This document shows, in pieces, positions 14,209 through 24,060 of a stretch of 64,000 nt of DNA. Source of the stretch: Schmidtea polychroa. Lineage: Eukaryota. The notes under the pieces were generated by a model that was not told the DNA's origin, searched no databases, and worked only from the letters and a program-made list of their open reading frames with translations. A program made the translations under genes and the position numbers. Every line of letters begins with the position of its first letter. Positions within the stretch are counted from its first letter, which is position 1. The stretch covers positions 52,330,001 to 52,394,000 of the forward strand of contig CM097885.1 in assembly GCA_044892525.1 (NCBI GenBank). Reading direction: 5' to 3'.

Positions 14209-15099
14209 AATTCTTTATCATACAATAAACTGTATTGGCAAATGCTAAAATGCCCACAATATAATTTTCAAGAATCAACAATTCACTGTTGAGAATGAAA
14301 AATGAATGCAAGTTACTTTATTCAAAATTACTAATCAAATAAAATTCAAAAATCGACGAAATCTAATTATTACCAAAAGAATTCGATTCAAAATCACATG
14401 TTATAAAACTATTAAAATTTTCTATATATGCATGTGAATGAGTGATTATGGAATAACTCTTAAATAAAATCACCAAATTGCAAATTTAATTATAACTTTT
14501 AATTTTTATTTTAATGTTATCTGAAAATTGACTTTCCTCTATCGAATGATGCATAATTTGTCCCATTTGGACCATTAATTCTTTTTATCATCATTAAAGA
14601 GTTTTTGAATTAAAATAAATATGAATTAAACCACATATTGAATCTTTTCATTGAACATATAAATCTATGCATTTGGATTGATAACATGATTCCGTCATTT
14701 TTGACGGGTTATAGCTAGTTCTTAATATGTCAAAATGTAATATGTTAATATCAATCACATGCTTAACATTGGGTATTACAATAAAATATTATAAATAACG
14801 CGCAATTAAAAATAAACTAAAGATTCATGATCTTTACAAAATAAAAAATTATTTTTTTAACGAGTGATTAAAATAATAGCTAAAAATTATCTAATATTCG
14901 CAAGAAATATAAAGAAATAAAAGAAATTAGATAAAAAATATATTTCACTATAATTTATATCAAAAGATTAAAATCATGTACGAATATGTTACATTATAAA
15001 TCTATATTTCTAATCTTCGTATGAATTTTATATCAATTTCCATATTTCTATATTCCTGCATAGTAAAAGTAACTAAACTTTCAAGTATATAGTGTTTTG

Positions 15100-15276
15100 G
15101 CTCAAAATGTTCTGTCGTAAGTTGGGATGACAACAGTAAAATAAGGAATTTTGACTGACTTACATTCATACGAAGGTTATTATGATGAGTCTCAAATATT
15201 GATGGTCCAGAAAACTGATATCCCTTGCTTCCAATAAATATATGACTACTTTATGAACACATAAACAGTTATCTAA
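15100..15276 (+). pseudogene. Decayed Mutator-like (MULE) transposase remnant, left part (target of the Polinton-like insertion)
   Basis: Joined across the TSD to 23834 onward, it reads PLLPINI*LLYE../HKQLSKTTNSCEGFHKALKYLF*HNHLSLWILLHNFKRE. This resembles the FPPxxW...RTNNxxEGWH...HPxxWxF motif of MULE transposases. Confidence 0.5.
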
Positions 15277-17226
15277 AGTAGGTAGTTAGTAGCCCGCGGG
15301 AGCAATAGGGTGGGGGGGGGGGGGGGGGGGGGTAAAAAATGTTGCAAACTTTTGATTGCATAATTTTTTCCGTAGACATTTTTTGATTACATAATTGTTG
15401 CCGTACGCTCCAATGTATTTTTTCTGGGATTTTAAATACAAAAAAATATTTTTTCAAAAAACAAGCCAAGGATAAATATTATTTGGGTGGGTCTCCTTGG
15501 TCCTGAGAATTTCAATAGAAAAAGGTTGTCTTCAATAAAAAATCATGGAATTTTCTAGGTCAATTCAGGTGGGTCTCCTTGGTCCTGAGAAAAAGGTGGT
15601 CTACACTAAAAACGCATAGTAAATTTTTAAAATAAAGCAAATTATGGGTCTAAAATTTAAAAATAAAGTAAATGATGGGTCTAAAAAATTAAATTTAAGT
15701 AAATCAAGGTTCAGATTTTTTTGATTTAAAGTAAATTATGGGCTAATATTTTTGAATTAAAGTAATGAATGGACTCAAATAACTAAAGTAAGCTTCAAAT
15801 TTTTAAATTAAAGTAAATAATGGTTCAAAATTTAAAATTAAAGTTAATTAAGGGCTCAACTAAGTAAATTAAGGTTCAAAATTTTAAATTAAAGTTAATT
15901 TAGGGCTCAACTAAGTAAATTAAAGTAAATCAAGGTCCTAAAAAATTAAATTAAAGTAATGAATGGGCACAAATAACTAAATTAAGGTTCTAAAAAATTA
16001 AATTAAAGTTATTTAAGGTCCACATTTTAAAATTAAGTAATCAATGGCAAAAAATTAAAGTTAAATAAGTAAATTAAAGTAAGATTTTTAAATTTATTAA
16101 CAAAATAATAGAAGGTATTTGAGAATTGAAATTTTTTAATGAAAATTTTTATGAAATAATTTTTTAAGTAATTTTTAATAGAAATTTTAATGAAATATTT
16201 TTCAATGGTAATTTTTAATGGAAATTTTTATGTAATAATAATAAAAATAATAATAATAATATATCAACCAAATACTATACAACACATAAAAAATTAACTA
16301 AACACATAAAAATAACTAGACACATAACAAAACATATAAACATTAACTAGACACATAACAAACATAAAAATTTACCAAACAAATAACAAATGTAAAGATA
16401 TAAACTTTTATTTAATAAAATTAGTCCTCATCGGACAAAATAACGTCATCGATATCGATATCATCTTCTCCAAAATCTTCTCCAACATCTTCATTAAATT
16501 CTTCCTCATCTTCTCCAACATTTCCATCAAATTCATCTCCAACATTTCCATCAAATTCATCTCCAACAGTTTCTCCAATATTTAATTCACTTAATCTTAC
16601 ATGCCCATATGCAAGACTAGTATTTTTCCCCACCCAAACCCTTTTGTCATCTTTGTTAGTTAATGCTATTTTTGTGTTTTTAATTGTAAAAATTTGATGA
16701 TTTTTACTTGTTATTTTAGTCTGAGGAACCGAAAAAATCTGGTTAGTGTTATAACAATCCAGGTATGACTGATGTTTTATGTCACTACCTTTCAATGTTA
16801 CACCTTTAGCCTTTTTTGTTTCCTCATCACCCAACAAGCTATAACATTTAGGTCTAAGAAAAACCCATTCCTTATATTTAAGACCTTTATTCTCGTCTTT
16901 GAACTTTCCAATGACTGAATCAAGGTTCTTACTATATAAGGAATGACAACTATTGTAATTGGAAGTATCTAATAAATTATCTCGAATCATTGCAGGTAAA
17001 AGAATCTCAAGTTTACAGTTAATGACTTCGAGGAAAAAAGAATCTGTATCACCCGCAACGATATTAATTTTACAATTAAACTCATTGCGAAATGATTCCA
17101 GATCCTTATATTGCAATTCATACATTCTAAGTTTAGATAGATCAAGTACAGATTGACCAATATAACTTGGTCTATCTAAACATATAGAATCTGAATTCAA
17201 TATTGCTGCGATTAAATTATTGTCTA
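15277..17226 (-). repeat. Left inverted arm (1950 bp), including the 3' ~0.8 kb of the polymerase gene
   Basis: Reverse complement of 21889-23827 apart from a few substitutions and repeat-unit indels. Homology stops at ...ATTATTGTCTA (17226). Confidence 0.93.
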
Positions 17227-17230
17227 CCAT
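16421..17230 (-). CDS. Uninterrupted duplicate of the pPolB C-terminus (motif C GDTDS, KFKDE, LRPKCY, KAKGV, acidic tail)
   Basis: Part of ORF 16421-17254. An in-frame ATG (17230-17228) sits at the arm junction (MVDNNLIAA...). It has CAG (Gln) where the main copy has TAG. Expression is unknown. Confidence 0.6.
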   Translation of the reverse strand: MVDNNLIAAILNSDSICLDRPSYIGQSVLDLSKLRMYELQYKDLESFRNEFNCKINIVAGDTDSFFLEVINCKLEILLPAMIRDNLLDTSNYNSCHSLYSKNLDSVIGKFKDENKGLKYKEWVFLRPKCYSLLGDEETKKAKGVTLKGSDIKHQSYLDCYNTNQIFSVPQTKITSKNHQIFTIKNTKIALTNKDDKRVWVGKNTSLAYGHVRLSELNIGETVGDEFDGNVGDEFDGNVGEDEEEFNEDVGEDFGEDDIDIDDVILSDED

Positions 17231-18141
17231 TTTAGAATGATATTTTTCTATCAAAGTTCTTATCTTGATTTATTTAATTTTAATTGAATGTAATGACAAA
17301 ATAGAGCGTGTTTTCTTCAATTTTAATGAATTAATTTGAAAGATTATTTAGATAAATTTTGGTGTTTAAGGTATTCATTAGTAATTTTTTTTTAGAGTTG
17401 ATGATTTTTGTGAATTTTTATGATTTTCGTGAATTTCATGTGGATTGAATGAATATTTAAAAATTTTAAGTTAGTTCTAAGATAAATTTAATTAATTTCT
17501 TGATAATTGGATGCATTTTTATTGATTGGTTTTTTAATTTTAAATAAAAATTATTTTTAATGACAGTTAGTTTAATAATCACGTGATAGGATATAACTTT
17601 GTAATAATATTTTTTTCATATATTTTCTAAGAATTTCATGTTGATTTATTAAAAAATTTAAAGTTTTAATGTTGATTTTAATTGAATTTCTTGATAATTT
17701 GTTAAATTTTAAATAAAAATTAATTTTTTTTTAATGACTGTTAGGTTAATAATTAAGTAATTGGTTTAATTTTAGATGACTTTGTAATGCATTTGACTAA
17801 ATAATTTTTTTCAATAATTTTCTAAGAATATTTACACATTAATGAACTTTTTAAAAAAAACATAAGCTAAGAAACCAGTTAACTTTATCAAGAACTTTAA
17901 ATTTACTTGATAATTATTGTAGGATATACAGAAATTTGTGATTAAGTTTGCTTTTATGAACAATGAATATATATCATCTCTAATTAGGTATTTGATAGGT
18001 GAAATATTTGTAGGAAATAATAAGTTTATTATGTCTTTGTTACATAAGTCGACTTTAGCGTCAAAATGTGTTTTTAAAATAAATTTTAATTTTAAAATAC
18101 CGCAACGTAATATATTTTTTCCCTGCCCTTCCTTGATTTTG

Positions 18142-18166
18142 ATTGGTTAGAATTTGTTCCTATAAA
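18142..18166 (+). promoter_or_regulatory. Putative Pol II promoter of the pPolB gene (inverted CCAAT plus TATA box)
   Basis: ATTGG at 18142-18146 and TATAAA at 18161-18166, about 50 nt upstream of ATG 18214. Weak evidence in such AT-rich DNA. Confidence 0.35.
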
Positions 18167-18213
18167 CAATAATCAATCATTAGTCACATTTAACAAATAA
18201 TTAACCTTTAAAA

Positions 18214-21200
18214 ATGAATTCTTTAATAGAAAATGTTATGAATGTCCGAGAAAAAATTCAGGAATTTGGTAAATTTTAATTTATTTATTAATTAATTTAT
18301 TAATTAATTTAGATAATATTAATGAAGACAATTTAAAATCGAAGATTAAAAGAAATTTGAAAAGAAAAAGTAAACATAATTTATAATTTATTGATTTAAT
18401 TAATTAATAATTTAGGTAATACGAATAAAGAGAAAAATTATATCAATGTGTCAATAAATCGAAATGAAAATTTACAATGTAAGTATTGATTACTTTTTAT
18501 AATTTAAAGGAAATTTAATATAATTTTTTATTTAAGTAAATGTTAATATTTTTAATTTAGTAAATTTTTTTTTTTTAGTAAATAAAATTTGTAAAATAAT
18601 TTTTTGCAAAATTTTGCGTAAACATTTATTAAAATATTTTATTTAAATTATATTTTTTTTATTAAATTTTTATTTTATAGGTATACTTTATCCAAATTAT
18701 TGTTCATCGAAAGAACATGATAATAATTGCCATTCTATAATGGAGAATTATTACACAAAAAAATATTATAATAAAACTTTTTTTATATGTCCCGTATGTA
18801 AGACTAGTGACCCCGTAACATATAGCGTTTTTTATAAACATAAACATCATTTAGATAGATTCAATTTTTAAAAAGATAGTGTTTTTAAAAGACCCTCGAC
18901 TATAGAAAAAAATAATACAAATAAAAAAATTAAATTAGATACTTCTTCTTTTGAATCCCAGGTTGGATTAGATGTTGAATCCCAGGTTGGATTGTTTTTT
19001 GTTGAATCCCAGGTCGGATTGTCTTTTGTTGAATCCCAGGACGGATTGCCTTTTGTTGAATCCCAGGACGGATTGTCTTTTGTTGAATCCAATGATGGAT
19101 TGGTTGTTGAATCCCAGGACGGATTGTCTTTTGTTGAATCCAATGATGGATTAGTTATTGAATCCAATAATGGATTAGATAATATTTCCCTTGACTCTTG
19201 GGACGGAATAACCAATATACAAATAGGGGGTAATGTTCCCATAATACAAAAAGATCTTAGGGGTACCCATCAAATATTAAGCCTAAATACTAGTAACTTA
19301 AATATAAAGGAAATAATATTTCCAGAACAATTAATTATAAAATTGAGAGATATTATTAACGAATTAGGCTCCGTCAAAATTCAATTCGGAATAACAATCG
19401 AATTTGAAAAAGACGGGGAAATAAAGGTTAATAATATCTCAAATTATGCAAAGCCTTTAACTGCATCATTTTTTGATGAAGGCATTAAGGAACTAAATGA
19501 GAAAATAACTAATATCACAGAGTTAGGAAGTAGTTGGATTATAAAAAAAATAACAGAAATCCACTTCACCATAACAAAAATAAGTAGGTTAAGTAGATTA
19601 AGTGGTAGGAGTTTCATTGAAACACCTACTTACCTAAAAAATAAATATTGTTTAATTAATATAAAAAACACCGATGACTCATGTTTTTTATATAGCATTT
19701 TAGCTATTTTAAAATATGATGAGGTTAGTAGATATGCTAGAAATAGGACATCTAGTTATAATTTATCCGACTTAATATACAACCCGTTAGAATTAACTAT
19801 GAAATTACAAGACATTAGGAAATTTGAATCTAAAAATCCCGGCTTAATAATTAACGTTTTTTCTTATGATAATAGCAAACAATTAACTGATAATTACGTA
19901 TTAAAACATCCACATTTAGACATTATACATCGTTCCAAAGTTTTAAATGGAACTGTAATTAATTTACTACTATTAAATAAAGGAAACAATTTCCATTACG
20001 TTGCTATAAGTAATTTAAATAAGTTAATGAATTGTCATATCAACACTACTTGTCCTACACGCATACAATCATGATGGTGCCATCGGTGTTTGAATGGTTT
20101 TAAAAATAGAAACGCACTGGACAAACATGAAATATTATGTAAACGTAATCAATTAGGAACAACTCTTTACACTTTCCCTCAAAATAAATTATTGCAGTTT
20201 ACTGACTGGTCGAAAACAGTAACTCCTCCTTTTGTAGTTTATGCCAATTTTGAGGCGATTTTACCTTCTGATACTGTTCATTTCCAACGACACATGCCAA
20301 TATCTGCTGGTCTTTTACTTGTAAATAACTTTGACGGATCTAAATCATATCAACAGTTCATAGGTTTAGATTGCGTCGAGAGTTTTTTAAGTGCTATAGA
20401 GGATATAGCATTAAATAAGGTTCTTCCTTTTTATTATAAAATGGGTAGGAAACCTATGATTAAATTAACAAAAATTGAACAACGTCAATTTGCTAGTGCA
20501 TCTGTTTGTTATCTTTGTATGAAATCTATCGTTGATCCTGTTAGAGATCACGAACATTTTACGGGGAAATACTTGAGTGCAGCTTGTAGCACATGTAACA
20601 TAAATAGGAAAATAAATAAAATTTTGCCTATCGTATTTCACAACTTGAAGGGATACGATATGCATCATATACTTAAATACGGATTAAATAAATTTAAAAA
20701 TTGGACTTTAGGTTGCATCCCAATAACGACTGAAAAATTTATTTCTTTGATTGCTCATTTAGGAAAAATTAGCTTAAGATTCATTGATTCTTATCAATTT
20801 GTCAATGATTCTTTAGCTAAAGCAGTCAAAACTTTGAATTCTTTGCCTTTTACTAATTCTGTTTTTTCTGGCACTATAGTTTCTGAAAAAGGAATCTTCC
20901 CTTATAATTTCGCTACATCTTTAGATATTCTCCAAACTACTTATGAATTACCACCAATCTGGGAGGGTGTCACTGAGCTTGAGTATGAAAAAGCTCAGGA
21001 GATTTGGGTAGAATCTAATTGTGTAACTTTATTAGATTATATGATGATCTACTTAAAACTCGATTGTTTTCTTTTGGCTGATTTCTTTCATCAGTTTCGG
21101 TTGAAATCTATTGCTCACAATAGATTGGAACCATTGAATTATTTCGGAATTCCTGGCATGTCTTGGTCTTCTGCATTAATGTCTTTAAATGAACCAATTG

Positions 21201-22718
21201 AGCTCATAACTGAAAACGAAATGTTTAGCTTTTATGAGGGTGGAATAAGAGGCGGTCTTACTTTTGTGAATAAGCATTACGTAAAAACCGATGAGAACAC
21301 CGAGTTACTTTATATAGATATTAATAATCTTTATGGTTGGGCTTTAAGTCAATCATTACCTTGTGGCGAATTTAGTTGGGTTCTTGATGGATTTGATTTA
21401 ATAATGGATGAATGTAGGAATTTAAATCTTGAATCTTTGTCTTATGGATACACTCTTGAAGTTGATCTTGTAATTCCTTCTGAGCTTCATGATAAGTTGG
21501 ATGATTTCCCTGTAGCTGCTGAAAAAATGAAACCTGCTGGGTCTAAGGTTGAAAAATTATTAGTAACTCATCTTCCAAAATCAAATTATGTGATTCATTG
21601 GAGATTATTAAAATTATATTTGGAACTTGGTGTTAAAGTAACATGTGTAAATAGGGGTGTAAGATTTAAGCAATCTCCAATTTTTAAAAAATATATAGAT
21701 ACAAATACAGAATTACGGTCAAAAAATCGTAAATAACTTAGATAAAAATTATTATAAATTGTTAAATAACAGTTTATACGGCAAAACAGTTGAAAATTTA
21801 AAGAGAAGAATGAATCTTCGTCTTTGTACAACTGCCGGTAAATTAGTTAAATATTGTTCAAAGCCGACTTTTAAAAAATCTATTAAAATAGACAATAATT
21901 TAATCGCAGCACTATTGAATTCAGATTCTATATGTTTAGATAGACCAAGTTATATTGGTCAATCTGTACTTGATCTATCTAAACTTAGAATGTTTGAATT
22001 GCAATATAAGGATCTGGAATCATTTCGCAATGAGTTTAATTGTAAAATTAATATCGTTGCGGGTGATACAGATTCTTTTTTCCTCGAAGTCATTAACTGT
22101 AAACTTGAGATTCTTTTACCTGCAATGATTCGAGATAATTTATTAGATACTTCCAATTACAATAGTTGTCATTCCTTATATAGTAAGAACCTTGATTCAG
22201 TCATTGGAAAGTTCAAAGACGAGAATAAAGGTCTTAAATATAAGGAATGGGTTTTTCTTAGACCTAAATGTTATAGCTTGTTGGGTGATGAGGAAACAAA
22301 AAAGGCTAAAGGTGTAACATTGAAAGGTAGTGACATAAAACATCAGTCATACCTGGATTGTTATAACACTAACCAGATTTTTTCGGTTCCTTAGACTAAA
22401 ATAACAAGTAAAAATCATCAAATTTTTACAATTAAAAACACAAAAATAGCATTAACTATTAAAGATGACAAACGGGTTTGGGTGGGGAAAAATACTAGTC
22501 TTGCATATGGGCATGTAAGATTAAGTGAATTAAATATTGGAGAAACTGTTGGAGATGAATTTGATGGAAATGTTGGAGATGAATTTGATATAAATGTTGG
22601 AGATGAATTTGATGGAAATGTTGGAGAAGATGAGGAAGAATTTAATGAAGATGTTGGAGAAGATTTTGGAGAAGATGATATCGATATCGATGACGTTATT
22701 TTGTCCGATGAGGACTAA
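18214..22718 (+). pseudogene. Protein-primed family-B DNA polymerase (Polinton/adintovirus type), predicted 4 exons, ~1400 aa if repaired
   Basis: Predicted exons are 18214-18268, 18313-18369, 18416-18478 and 18681-22718. Motifs: Exo I YANFE, Exo II FHNLKGYD, RFIDS, KGIFPY, Exo III YLKLD, Pol A YIDINNLYG, Pol B KLLNNSLYGK, Pol C GDTDS, KAKGV. Lesions: TAA 18869-71, TGA 20072-74, TAG 22392-94 and a 1-nt frameshift around the A6 run at 21721-26. Confidence 0.92.
18950..19175 (+). repeat. Coding minisatellite (21-27-bp units) encoding (VESQDGLSF)-like repeats in the pPolB N-terminus
   Basis: About 9 units of GTTGAATCC(CAGGAC/AATGAT)GGATTG(TCTTTT). The reading frame is preserved. Confidence 0.9.
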
Positions 22719-23827
22719 TTTTATTAAATAAAAGTTTATATCTTTACATTTGTTATTTGTTTGGTAAATTTTTATGTTTGTTATGTGTCTAGTTAATGTT
22801 TATATGTTTTGTTATGTGTCTAGTTATTTTTATGTGTTTAGTTAATTTTTTATGTGTTGTATAGTATTTGGTTGATATATTATTATTATTATTTTTATTA
22901 TTATTTCATAAAAATTTTCATTAAAACTTAACTTAAAAATTATTACATAAAAATTTCCATTAAAAATTACCATTGAAAAATATTTCATTAAAATTTCTAT
23001 TAAAAATTACTTAAAAAATTATTTCATAAAAAATTTCAATTCTCAAACACCTTCTATTATTTTGTTAATAAATTTAAAAATCTTACTTTAATTTACTTAT
23101 TTAACTTTAATTTTTTACCATTGATTACTTAATTTTAAAATTTGGACCTTAATTAACTTTAATTTAATTTTTTAGTACCTTAATTTAGTTATTTGTGCCC
23201 ATTCATTACTTTAATTTAATTTTTTAGGACCTTGATTTACTTTAATTTACTTAGTTGAGCCCTAAATTAACTTTAATTTTAAATTTTGAACCATTATTTA
23301 CTTTAATTTAAAAATTTGAAGCTTAATTTAGTTATTTGAGCCCATTCATTACTTTAATTCAAAAATATTAGCCCATAATTTACTTTAAATCAAAAAAAAT
23401 CTGAACCTTGATTTACTTAAATTTAATTTTTTAGACCCATCATTTACTTTATTTTTAAATTTTAGACCCATAATTTGCTTTATTTTAAAAATTTACTATG
23501 CGTTTTTAGTGTAGACCACCTTTTTCTCAGGACCAAGGAGACCCACCTGAATTGACCTAGAAAATTCCATGATTTTTTATTGAAGACAACCTTTTTCTAT
23601 TGAAATTCTCAGGACCAAGGAGACTCACCCAAATAATATTTATCCTTGGCTTGTTTATTGAAAAAATATTTTTTTGTATTTAAAATCCCAGAAAAAATAC
23701 ATTGGAGCGTACGGCAACAATTATGTAATCAAAAAATGTCTACGGAAAAAATTATGCAATCAAAAGTTTGCAACATTTTTTACCCCCCCCCCCCCCTATT
23801 GCTCCCGCGGGCTACTAACTACCTACT
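21889..23827 (+). repeat. Right inverted arm (1939 bp)
   Basis: Begins TAGACAATAATTTAATCGCAGC inside the polymerase CDS. Reverse complement of 15277-17226. Confidence 0.93.
22727..22732 (+). terminator. Putative polyadenylation signal of pPolB
   Basis: AATAAA starts 9 nt after the stop codon and is followed by a G/T-rich tract (22750-22870). It is mirrored in the left arm. Confidence 0.45.
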
Positions 23828-23833
23828 ATCTAA

Positions 23834-24060
23834 AACTACAAACTCTTGTGAGGGATTTCATAAGGCATTGAAATATTTATTTTAACACAACCATCTCAGC
23901 CTATGGATTTTGCTTCATAATTTTAAAAGAGAGATTAAAATGTTGAAACATAAATGTAAAATCAAAATCAGAAATGTTTATATAGAAATAGAAGGCTACT
24001 TAACTAATATTAAATATTTGCTTTTCTGCACAATAACATTGTCAATATATATGGGGAGTT
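23834..24060 (+). pseudogene. Decayed MULE transposase remnant, right part
   Basis: KTTNSCEGFHKALKYLF*HNHLSLWILLHNFKREIK continues the frame interrupted at 15276. Confidence 0.5.

Larger units (their letters stand above)
15277..23827. mobile_element. Polinton/Maverick-like element, 8551 bp, polymerase only, ~1.95-kb terminal inverted repeats, 6-bp TSD
   Basis: Starts AGTAGGTAGTTAGTAGCCCGCGGGAGCAATAGGG and ends with the reverse complement. ATCTAA is duplicated at 15271-15276 and 23828-23833. It encodes a pPolB. AG..CT ends and a 6-bp TSD are the established Polinton signature. Confidence 0.93.

Noticed and set aside
13946..14248. 100-aa plus-strand ORF
   Set aside because: Antisense shadow of 13930-14208; the paralog at 8860 conserves the minus-strand frame and stop.
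15269..15469. ORFs at both element termini (also 23646-23885 and 23674-23871)
   Set aside because: They cross the non-coding G/C-run terminus, and their frame depends on homopolymer length.
18950..19175. CRISPR-like appearance of the short repeats
   Set aside because: Units are head-to-tail without unique spacers, lie in frame within a CDS, and the context is eukaryotic with no cas genes.
18868..19242. Antisense 124-aa ORF (NPSWDSTKD repeats) and the alternative-frame 60-aa ORF at 18972
   Set aside because: By-products of the frame-preserving coding minisatellite in pPolB, with no independent support.
18869..22394. Stop-codon reassignment or programmed read-through as the explanation for the in-frame stops
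   Set aside because: All three stop types occur, the left-arm duplicate has CAG at the TAG site, and other genes here end at normal stops. Mutational decay is simpler.
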